Shown piece after piece: positions 27,223-38,202 of a stretch of DNA of 64,000 bases; position 1 is the first letter of the stretch, and every line of letters begins with the position of its first letter. The DNA comes from Lama glama (taxonomy: Eukaryota). The stretch spans positions 5,706,001 through 5,770,000 of the forward strand of contig CM052816.1 of assembly GCA_028534125.1 (NCBI GenBank). Direction: 5' to 3'. The translations under genes were made by a program, and so were the position numbers. The notes below the pieces were generated by a model, which saw only the letters and a program-made list of their open reading frames with translations, was not told the DNA's origin and did not search any database.

Positions 27223-28937
27223 TCTTGGTGATATTTTCATTTTATGCAAATACCAAAAGAAAAAGAAACCTGGCTATTTGAAAGAAAAACAGGAACCAAA
27301 AAAATATTTAGTGTTTGATCAAGCAAAAATCCTTTCACACATGTGCCAAGAGAGTTAAAACAAATATAGATGTTAAATAAAAGGCTCAAGTACCAAAGAG
27401 CAAAATTTAATGAAAGCCAGAACTGTTAAGTAGGGATTCCTGTTGAGAAAAATGTCAATCTGTTTCAGTTTTCCCATTGCTCTATTTTTAAGAAAAGTGT
27501 AGTAAAAATACATAATACAAGTTAACTTTTTTCTTACTTTTGTTTTCCCCATCACCCCTCCATTGGTGAAAAACATCTTCTGCTGGAGTCTTAGACCCCC
27601 ACATGGCATAGACCCTGTCTTCCAGCAGAGGTGGTCTCTCCCTATCAGCTCATGTTACTGGTGAGCTTAGTGGCTGAACAGGCATCTTACCAAGCCACAG
27701 GCAAAAAGTCTTTGAAATGTGTTGATGGTCGAGGGTTATTTCCAACTCCTCCGAAATGCAGACTCCCTAATGGTGGGTCATACCAGATTCTGCAGTGGTA
27801 GGCTAAGGGTTGAGAAAAATATGGGGTGAGGGCAAGGGGAGGGGAGGGCATCAGCTGGCAGTAGTGAAAAGAGAAAATCCATCTTGAGGGACCCGCTTCA
27901 CGTACCATGCCCACATTGACACGTGAGAGACTGAACAACGACGCTTGTGCTGAGAGGGCGGAGAGATTGATTCGGGGATGGCTCTCTGCTGTGGCTGATG
28001 AAAGGAGGATGGAAAAGACATAGAGATGGTGGGTGTTCACTGAGAGAATCCACAGATGAAGCCAGTCATGCTGCACTTACTTGTAGGGAGGCTCTAAAAC
28101 CTTTAGTTTGTCAGTGGCTAATGATAACCTCTAGCAGAGAAGACTGGATAGAAGTAGGGGGCAATGGAACAAGCCAGAATCTGGTTATCAATAAAAGCTG
28201 ATGACACATGGCACGCACTGAATCATGCACCTAGGAGAGTGGCTGCTGGAGAGCTGGAAGCCAATTGCACCAAGAATGAGAGTTGGGATCTCCAAGAAAG
28301 CCATATGCCAGGACCTCCCAACACGCCCCCCACCACTAACCCCCAGGCAAAGCTGTAGTCAGCCTGGGCTTCTCTCTAGGAACCCGGTCCCTTCTCCAAT
28401 CATATTTTAGTTCAGCTTTGTAGTCATAAATCATAGGCATACTGATTCTGGTCACTGAAATACAGCATCCTCATTCTGTCTCAGCCAAGGGGAAGGTCAG
28501 CCTCCTCGGATCAGAAGTTGGGGTCAGGGATTTTAAGGTCCCCCAGTCTCATTGTCAACTTAATCCATCTCCCTGTTCTCCTTCAAATCATTCAGCCTTG
28601 GCCATTTTACTTTGTAAAGATGACAGAACGTTATCTGACCACATGCTAAAACAACACTTTTATGTGGACGTAAAAACTCAAGTTCTCCACGTCAGTAAAA
28701 CCTTAAATGTCATACTTTGTCTCTCAGTCCTAGGACAGGGCACACCATGGAAGGTTCTTTTGCTTGTGGGCTTCAGTGAAGCTTCCTCTTCCAGAATTCT
28801 TCCATCAGCTTTCTTTTGCTTTTAGCTTGCATAACGTTTCCCCCCACCTCAGAGGCTCCAAAGAGAAAGAGAGTCTACTCTACAATGGGGTTCCTGCCCA
28901 GATGTCAAGCAAATAAAAAGTGAGAATCAGGAGTGGT

Positions 28938-28943
28938 TTTATT
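28938..28943 (-). terminator. Intermediate poly(A) signal AATAAA
   Basis: tttatt on +. Followed on minus by the U-rich tract ctttttatttgctt. Confidence 0.5.
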
Positions 28944-29527
28944 CCTGGCTGTCAGCTATTCCCAAGGCTCTGCTTGGTTCAGGAGGCTAGTTGTCCTTCA
29001 GCCACCAGAGTGCCTTTGAGCTTGAGCTTCGCAGAAGGACACACTTCTCAGGGCTCAGGTTGACTGTGAAGGAGCAGATTGTTCCACCAAAGATCTAGGA
29101 GACGGTTGTTACACATTAAAGGAAGATGGATCTGAGCCTCCAGCAGTAACGTCATGGGTCTTTCTTGGTCTGCACCGCTGCCTTTATCCTCTCCACCACC
29201 CTCGGTCTGAGTTGCTTCACACATGTTCTCACAAGGACTAAGTCTGCGCTTAGGCAGTGCCCTGTCTGGGGAAGGCAGCCTGTTCCTCCAGCAACGTCCA
29301 TCTCCATCTTGGCTCGGGGCCAAGGCATGGAGGGGAATTTGGAGAGCTCCCATGACGAATTAATTTGAAGATTGCTTTTCCCCTTTTGCTTGCTTGTCAG
29401 GTGGAACAAATCTTGAATCTCCAATCTGAAAACTGAAGAGGGATGGGGAGGGAGTTGGGAATAAGAAGTATGGAGAAGGAAGGGGACTAACAGAACCTGC
29501 AAACCATGGATATTAGTAAGAAAAAAA

Positions 29528-29535
29528 TATTGCAC
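29528..29535 (-). promoter_or_regulatory. miR-25/32/92/363/367 8mer seed match (GTGCAATA) in GRIA1 3'UTR
   Basis: tattgcac on +. miR-92a regulation of GluA1 is reported in rodents. Confidence 0.55.
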
Positions 29536-29647
29536 ACACTAAGACACATTAACAACCAAATTAAAAGAAAACAGCAGTTTCCTCATTAGTGTTCCAGTGA
29601 CTTGGTGTTAAGAGACACAGGCTATATTTGACAGGGTTATTCTCCCC

Positions 29648-29655
29648 TTATTGCA
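29648..29655 (-). promoter_or_regulatory. Overlapping miR-137 (GCAATAA) and miR-92-family (TGCAATA) 7mer-A1 seed matches
   Basis: ttattgca on + equals TGCAATAA on the mRNA. Confidence 0.5.
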
Positions 29656-29661
29656 GTACAG

Positions 29662-29667
29662 TTTATT
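29662..29667 (-). terminator. Proximal poly(A) signal AATAAA
   Basis: tttatt on +, about 230 nt after the stop. A U-rich upstream element is present, and tgtgtctctt lies downstream on minus. Confidence 0.5.
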
Positions 29668-29894
29668 TGTCATCCTCACTTAGCAAATGAAAAAAAGGTG
29701 AAAGAACATCAAAAAAAGAAAAGGGGGTGCAAAATGGTTTCTCAATTCTTCAGGAAAATCTGTTGAATTATTCTCCTGTGGTCATGGTGGTTGGTGGCGG
29801 CTGCGTTTCATTTTGTTGTTTTTGGCACTGAAGGGTTTGGGATGGAACTGGGGGAGCATGAGCATACTCCCCAAGGGGTCTCCGTCTGCTCCGG

Positions 29895-30212
<318 letters not shown>

Positions 30213-32451
30213 TTAATCTATAATGCAACTGTTGACTTCCCACAAACCCACAAAACTGTTGTGTGGCTCTGGACAAGTGTGATTCCCTCTCTGGACCTCA
30301 TGTTCTCTTGATTTAATGAGGTGTGCTGGACTGGGGGATCTCTAAGATCCTTTCTGGTTCTTATGTTCTGTGATTTCTAAAGGTAGAATAGTCCCACAGT
30401 AGTATTGATGATAATAAATGCAGCAACACAACCAAGTAGAAAAGCTCTGGAAATGGGGTTGAGGAAACTTGGGTTTTAGTTCTGGTTCTGACATCAACTA
30501 GTCCTGTGACCTTGTACATGTTTCCTTACCTCTCTAGACTTTTAAAATCTCTGTGTTTGTCAAAATGTAATTATCTATGTACCTACCAACTCTTAGCAGC
30601 AAGAACAGGGCTATACTGTGTGAAAAATGATTTGACATGTTAAGAAAAATTGAGGGGGTATCATTGTTGGGTGAAAGTTTAAAACTACCTCTGATTTATT
30701 TCTGGAAAAATACTATCCTACTTCTAGCAGCGTGTGTTAATTGGACATAGGACTTATTTCAGTAATATAATAGGCAAAGAGTAATTGGAAAGAAGCATGT
30801 GCTAAAGAAAATGAGAATGCATTCCAAAGATCATGATCTGTGTGTCAGCTGCATCCTGTCAGTGCATACAACCTGTACTTCTAGGCTGACATGTAAGATC
30901 AGTGCTACCAAGCTGTCATTTTTAGAACGCCGGAATTCTAGGTGTGAAAAGAACTCCAGAGATGACCGCAGGATCAGATGAGTTAGCCAGAATGTTCAAG
31001 ACCACCATCTGTAATTAGAACATATCCTATTAGATGAGAGGAACTGTTCTGTTCCGAGTTCCTCAGAAGAAATAAACTTCATGATATGAATCCTCTTCTT
31101 ATCACTTCCAACTTCCCATTAAAAGATTCCCATGGAATTTTTGAGGTGGGGCTTAGTTTCTTCATGGGAATCAACGCAAAGGAGAATGGTCTATGAGTTG
31201 AGAGGTTTCTTTCTCCAAGACCAACCCTTCATTCAAGGTTCATTTTGTTCTTGCCTTCTTGAGGTTGTCTGAGACTGTACCACCAAGTGCTGCCCCCTCA
31301 CCCCCGCCCAGTATGCACACATTATACATTCGTTTGCAATGATTCTGCTTCAGGTCTGTAACCTCTGTACTCCTTAAGAGAGTTGACTGTCTGGAGGAGG
31401 GCAAGGGCCATGTCTTCTCAATCCTTAGCCACCTCCCAGAGAGTCCAACATGTAGTTAGATGCTCAGTGATTATCCTTGAATTTGTCTAAGAAAAGACAC
31501 CCTTGTAGAGTCATTCTCCAACAGTTTTTGGCTTCTTCCTTTACATATTGCCATGATTCTAGAGATCAGAGAAGTCAGTCAGCCTACTGTGACTGGGCAG
31601 ACATAAACAGGGCAGTTTTGACCCAGTTGTTATTCTTTCTGCTATGTTCTGCTGGGAGGATCCTCTTATCACTGGCAATTCTGACAATGTTTTAAAATAT
31701 TCTTTCTTAAAAAAAAATCCGTGATTCAGACAGGTTTGTCCCATATAATGCACCACTCACACTGGTCCTGTCTCATCAAACCCCTGGACGTGATTTATTT
31801 ACATTCTGCCTGGTTGTCCTGCACTGAAGAGGAAGTGTGACCTGGACTGCATCCTTCTAAGTCAAGGCCAAATAAACACCACTCTGACGCTCGATGGGGG
31901 AAATGTGAAGAGAAAGCATGGGGAATTAATGGTAACTTATTCTCACTTAAAAAATGTTGAAAGAAAAATAAATTTATATTTGTGTCTGTGGGAAGTGCTT
32001 TGGAATTCGGATTAGCTTTGGAATGTCTATCTTCTATGATTTTTCTCTTCCACATTCCTTTATTTAGGAAAAAAAAAGTTTAAAGTTCACACAGATCACC
32101 CTGGGCTTGTTTCTCAAAACATCTTACATATTTCCATAATATTCCATGAAAGTTGTTGGTACTTGACACATTTATCTTAAAGGAAAAGACAGATGGCATA
32201 ATAAATACTGATGCCTATCAAAGTCGGAGATAACTCAGCCAGGCACGTAGCTAAAAAACTTCCAAGCTGACGTCACTCAGAATTGATTTTCATATAGGCC
32301 AGGGGATTCCCAGGGGTCAATGATTCCATGCTCCTACTGAGGGTGGGTATTACCCGCTTACTGGCTTTCTTTCTAATATCAGGGATCTCAGGAGAAAAGA
32401 TGAATAGAATCAAAACTTCGGAATGAGAAACAATACAGAAAATGACCATTT

Positions 32452-32616
32452 CACTAATTCTCAAACTTGGTGTCACATTGACATCGTCTAGGGGGTTTTG
32501 GGGGAAAAACAATGATGGTCGAGACCTACCTTGGGGATGTTGACTTCATAGGCGTGGTGTGTGTTTTTAAAACTCCCCAGGTGATTCTAATATGCAAGCA
32601 AGGTGGAAACAGACTG
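32452..32616. mobile_element. MER5-like hAT MITE (last intron)
   Basis: ttctcaaacttgg...ttttaaaactccccaggtgattctaatatgca...agactg. Confidence 0.6.
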
Positions 32617-35539
32617 ATCTAGTTTATTTAACTTTATAGAGAAAGTGAGGACTTATCATTGACTTGCTTAAAGTTTTAGTTATCTGAGACCTAGTGCCAA
32701 AGTAGATGACCTTCTGACTGTGATTCCTCCTACCTCCTGCAGCAAGACTGATGTCATTCCTCCCCTTGCTCTGGGAACTGTGGTTCTCCCTTGTCCATCC
32801 TTGACATAACCAGCCATTCTTAAAGTTCATCCTTATAAGTTGTTCTTTAAACTGACACTCAGGGAGAAAAGGGTGAGTGAAAAGTGTCACCTCAGAGTCC
32901 CCCAGGATGATGCTTCAGAGACTCATTTTTCTAACAGTGATTACATCCTAACTTCTCAGCCACTTGCTTTTCTAATAGAAGTCTGGCCAGCCTCTGCATG
33001 TCATAGAACAGCCTAATAAAAGCTCAGGCCTCAGTGATGACCTCATCCTTGCACACATGCTAAGAGCAGAGTGACTGCCTTGCTGGGGAGGATGCACCCC
33101 CTGCATTGCCACATCTCTCAGCTGCTCGTTAATTCCAGTGAAATGTGCAAAGCCTGGAGGGCTGTGGTTTAAACACACCCTGTATTAGCACCACCGCTAC
33201 AATTAGGAAAAATCAGCAGCTCTCCTAGGGCTACTAGTGGCGGGATTATTTTCCTTTAGGAGTGAGATGGTGGATAACAAAGAACCTGATTGTCCTTAAT
33301 CTCAGTTGAGGGCTCAGGATCCAGTCTGTTTTCTCAGGCAGGGAGGAGGGACAGGGGATCTGGAACTGTTCAATATGGAATATTTCTTGGCTTTTATATT
33401 TTTGCTACTGTATGACAATTTCAGTTATACTCAAATGTTGTGGTTGCCTGAAGTCCTTTTCTGAGTCCCCAGCTTTCACGTCCTCTCCGTTTCCCTCAGT
33501 CTTCCTGGCCTTCTGGGCAAAAGTTCTGGTCTTTGGGTCTGTGATACTTGTATATCCTTTGGTAGCAACGGTCTCCCCTTGGTTAATCTTTTCCTGTTTC
33601 AAGTCTGTTAAACATCACTTTCTCAGGAAGGCCTCTCTGTCCTGCCCCAGACCCCACTCCCCAGTCAGGACTTGACAGCATTGGGCATTTTTCTTCATTG
33701 AGCATAGACCTATTGGTTTATTTTCTGTCTTCCCATTAAATTCTCAGCTTCCTGAGAACAGAAGCTGCGTCTGCTTTGTTCCTGACTGTATCCCCAGTGC
33801 TGAACGATGCCTAGCAGGCGGTGGTGCTCAGTTTGTCTTTGTGGAAGGATGCCTGCAGGGTGACACTTGTTTTGTGTCCTGCTTATGTGACATCCAAGGA
33901 GAAAGGGTCTCAACAATGCAGATGCAAAGGGTTACATACCATGGATGACCTCAACAACTAGGTCAAAAAAACCTAAGGATAAGGGCTACATCTTACTTGT
34001 TTGTGTATTGTGGGTGGGGTTTTGAGGGGACATAGTAGGTGATAAAAATTACCTGTGGCCACGTGGTTGGGGAGGAGAGAGAAATTTATGAGAAGTGGTA
34101 CCAGGAACCCAGGCTTTGCAGAGGCCATATTGGAGGTCTAATTCCTGTTCCTCCAGCTCCTAGCTTGTGTGACCTTTTTAGAAAAACTACTTAGCCTCTC
34201 CCAACCCCTCTTGATTCATCTGCAGACTTGCAAGCACAGCACATTACAGGGTTAATATACATAAAGTGCTCTGAACATGGACGTCACTAAAAGATGTCTT
34301 TCCTTTTTTCCTCCCTTTCTTCTCTTTCTTTCCTTCCCCTCTTTCCCTTTTCTAGCCACTCTTCCTCTCTTTCTCTTTCCCACGTGGGGAAAGGGCTGGT
34401 TAAACACTGTTGGAAAATAGGAGGCTGATCATGAACTAGGTTTAGGGGCTCAAGGCTTTATGAATTGGCCACATATTATGACAAAAGAAAGAAACAAGAG
34501 GGAAGTTTCTTGCTAAAGGCCCTGGACACTGTCATTGTGGTCCTCTATGTGAGGCTGGAGACTGTACTTCTGAAAAGAGCTAGTCTGCCTTTGGAGACGG
34601 CAAAGTACAGGATAATAAAGAAAACTGCAAAGCTGGAAAGTCTGAGAGGCAAGCAAAATGTGTTGTACTTATCTCCTTTGGATAAGAGAAGAGTTGATGG
34701 ACCTTTGAAAATTAGGGGCTGAGTTGATTAATAAAGACCAGAGAAGCATCTTTTCTGCAGATGGAAGATTAAAATTCTATGTGGAGACTTAGGGAGTTGG
34801 GCAGAAGTCATGTCAACCAATGGAATTTATTATAGAATAGTGGGATGAAAGACCTTGCATTAATGATTCCAAGAGATCTTGATGTTGGTTCTTGAGAAGG
34901 TCAATATCTTTGGAAAAGGAAGGGTGAGAGTGGTCCAAGGAGCTATGTCATGACTCAGTGACCTCTTATAAGGATTCTTGTCTTTACCTGAGCATTGCCA
35001 CTTCAGCAGCAAATGTCAACATTGTACAGGTTTCAGAGGATCTTAGTCTTTAGCCACCCTGGTACCACCAACTGGCACTGACTATAATCAGCATGATTAG
35101 TGGGACATGGTCATCATAGGAAGGGCTGGAAGTCCAGGTTTCCTGCTTGGTGGATGCCTGGTCTCATCAGATCTTATGAGTACAAACAGATGGGACCAGA
35201 AGCACTTTTGATAATGTTATGTGTGCCTCCAGGCTGGGTGGTTTTGATGGTTGTGTTTGCTTAACCAAACAGCACCTCCTTCCCATGCCTCACATATCAT
35301 CCTCCAAGAGATTTTCTCTAAATACAATTCCACATTAATTTTACTAATACTTACCCTATGTGTGTGTGATGCCCAAAGAGAAATCAGACCCAGCTTCTTA
35401 CCTTAAGGAAATCACAATCCATATAGCTTAAAAAAACCTAGGACATGTAAGTGGGGGCTGTAAAAGGAATGTCTTAAGGCGGCTGTAGCTGGCCAATAAT
35501 AATAATATTTCATATCATTCATCATATTATGAAATATTA

Positions 35540-35790
35540 CTATAAATTCTCATTGTTGTTATTATTTATCAACGGCTTCCTATGGCCCAAGCAACTTCCC
35601 AAGCTCTTTATATCCACTCTTATCATGTAATTTTGTGAGGTAGGTACTACAACTATCCCCATTTTATAGAAAATGAGGATTGCAGAGCCATTGAAATGTG
35701 TCCAAGATGACAGTTAACAGGTGGCACAGGCAGGATTTGTGCTCAGACATCCAGTCTCCAGAGCCTGGCTTTAGACCACTGTACTGCACT
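35540..35790 (-). mobile_element. MIR SINE
   Basis: gtgaggtaggtactacaactatccccattttatagaaaatgagg...caggatttgtgctcagacatcc. Confidence 0.65.
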
Positions 35791-36974
35791 GCGTTCTTAG
35801 GGAATATGTGGTGTGTACTGGGCCAATCCTAGAACCATCCCATGGGGATGGTTTTAGGGGGTTTTGTTCACCTAGTTCTTCTCCTCTTCCCCTCACTGCC
35901 TCTGGAAGAACCTTTCCTCACTTTGGAGGGTAAGACAGGAGAGTCTTTCAGCTTATGTTTTAGATGGTATTGGCAAAGAAAGCTTTATTTAGGATCTAGA
36001 AGGCCAAGTTCCTTGGAAGCCTACATCCGAGGCCCATGCTTTTGCTGTGCTTTGTCCTTTTTGAGAAGACCTGGATTTGGGTGAGCTGGTCAAGGGTAGG
36101 ACTAAGGTGTTCCTAGGACCCATGACCAAATACCATCACACTACCCTCCCTTAATTATTCCTTGTTATTTTATCTTAGGAAGCTGGCTTTTAAATGGGTC
36201 CTGTGGGACAGAAGACAGGAAGAGGGATTGGCCTGCATAAAGACACATGGGTGGAAAGCATGAGGTGGGTGGCTGGAGTACGGAACATGTAAGGAGAGCA
36301 GATTGCCTGGGAGGGGAAAGGAAGCTAGAACCATGACGTGGGATTGCTGAATGCCAGGACAGAAGGCCCTCCTCCCCCAGCTCCCTCTCCCTGTGTGCAG
36401 TACTGAGTGCAGAGTTTCCAAACAGGGGAAGCAGATGTCCAACAGTGTCTTCTCCAAGAGGGACCCTGGAGGTATATGTAGAGCTGATGCCTAAGACAGG
36501 GAGAGGGTTGGCAGGAGGCTACAGTTGTGATCCACCAGTGGGTACGCTGAGCTTGGGAGTGACTGCATGTTGAAAAAAGGGCTTCTTAGGGCATATTCTA
36601 GGAGAGCAAATCCTACCAATGACTCTTAGTCTAGTCAAGTCAAGGTCACAGCGTAGGGCACATTGCTCAGAAGGACTGTGCTTCTTTCCGCTTCTGTTGG
36701 TACGAATCCCACTTGTCCTTCCTCTTAATTTCTGCTCCTTCCTAGAAGCCTTCTCTATTTTCTCCCTCCTCTATCCCTAGAGGTCTTCCTGTCTAAACCA
36801 TAGTTAGGTTCCCTGGGTACTTTTTCTGTGTCACTCTTTGTTAAAAATGCTGAAGGTTACAGACTGCCCTTTAGTCCTCTCTGCCTCCTCATGATGTCTT
36901 GCTTATGGTGTTGCTTACAGGAGTAACACTTCCATAAATATTTTCTTATTGAAAGTAAATGACGAAATGGGAGG

Positions 36975-37580
36975 GACCATGGAGGTCATTCAATCCAGAC
37001 TCCCTTTGGATACTTGAATCCATATCCTTGTCAAGAGTTACTCAGCCTCTATGGCTATACCTCCAGTAATGGGGTGCTTGGTACTTATTGAAACAGTCCA
37101 TCCCATTTTGGAGTAGCTCTGAAAGAAAAGTAGATCTCACTTACTGTGTTCATATCTGTTCTCCATAGCTTTTAGTCACTAGTTCTTGTTGTATACCTTG
37201 GGACTGCACAGAATTAAATTCTTTTCTTTACCCCTTGAAATGTCTTCATGTTTTTATAGACAGCTCTCATATCTTCCATAATTCTTCCCTTTTCCAATTA
37301 GTTGCCTTCAACTGTATTTGATTTGGTTTGGAGTTATCTGTTTAATCCGCTTACCATTCTCTGGGCATGGTCCTCTTTGCCAAAGTCCATCTTACCATAT
37401 GGTGGCCAAGAAAAGACCTAATTCGTCAAGCATGGCAAGACCATCCACCCTGCAGAGGGAAGATAGCCCTTCCCCTGTCTTGGGAGCTCCACTTCAGTTA
37501 ATGCAACCTCAGGGAGAAACCACCTCTGTAGTAATCACTCTTGCCTCACACTGTCTTGACTGTCCCCTTAAACCCTCAAC
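36975..37580 (-). mobile_element. CR1/L3 3' remnant
   Basis: cagcctctatggctatacctccagtaatggggtgctt...cccattttggagtagctctga is the reverse of an L3/MIR3-type tail. Confidence 0.5.
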
Positions 37581-37840
37581 TTTTAATCTCATTCCCCATC
37601 TCTGGCTGATGCATTTGTTCTTTTCAGGCCTTATGTTTACCCTGGCATATGCCATCTTCCTTCTTTTCTCACAGCTGCCACTTTCCCTGTCACCTTCCTC
37701 ATAAAAGCTGTCTATCATCCCCTGCCTTGGGCTGGCCTCAACCTCCTGTTACTCTCTCCTCTTTCTAGTAAAGGAACTCCCAGGAAACCCAGCTATATCA
37801 CAGAACAGGTTAGGAAAAAGGCCTGGGAAGACGATGCCAC

Positions 37841-37975
37841 CTTCATCCTCTTGGATTCGCTACGGGATTTGTAGCAGAACTCGATTAAGGCAACCAGCAT
37901 GGCTAGTCCAAGCCCTCCAATCAGGATGTAGAACACGCCAGCCACATTGCTGAGGCTCAGAGCGCTCGTCTTGTC
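37841..37975 (-). CDS. GRIA1: GRIA1 penultimate exon: pre-M4, M4 transmembrane helix and membrane-proximal C-tail
   Basis: cctag|GAC AAG ACG...AGG ATG AAG|gtggca translates to [45 protein letters not shown] (135 nt, phase 0/0). A long polypyrimidine tract and a branch-point-like tgactcac lie upstream. Confidence 0.97.
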
Positions 37976-38167
37976 CTAGGAAGGGGAGGCAGGAAAGGAG
38001 GGGCAGGGGGAAAGGGTAAAGTGAGTCAACAGGCTAGAGACCAGCTAAGTAACAGCATTTTAACACACATACACTCAACCCCCATCGCCCTCTTTAACAT
38101 TCGTAATAATGGAAAGGCTTTATGTTCATTGACAATGTTAAACATTCCCCAGGATAAAATGCATACA

Positions 38168-38169
<2 letters not shown>

Positions 38170-38200
<31 letters not shown>
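38170..38200 (+). repeat. (GT)15 microsatellite, (AC)n on the GRIA1 pre-mRNA
   Basis: Perfect dinucleotide run about 200 nt upstream of the M4 exon acceptor. Confidence 0.95.

Positions 38201-38202
<2 letters not shown>

Larger units (their letters stand above)
27195..29894 (-). other. GRIA1: GRIA1 3'UTR (long form, approximate end)
   Basis: Repeat-poor sequence following the stop codon. It ends at ATTAAA (27217-27222), which is followed by a U-rich downstream tract. The exact cleavage site is inferred. Confidence 0.7.

Noticed and set aside
28657..28701. Possible 3'UTR stem-loop (gtgga...tccac)
   Set aside because: Only short, interrupted helices; not distinguishable from chance without folding and covariation analysis.
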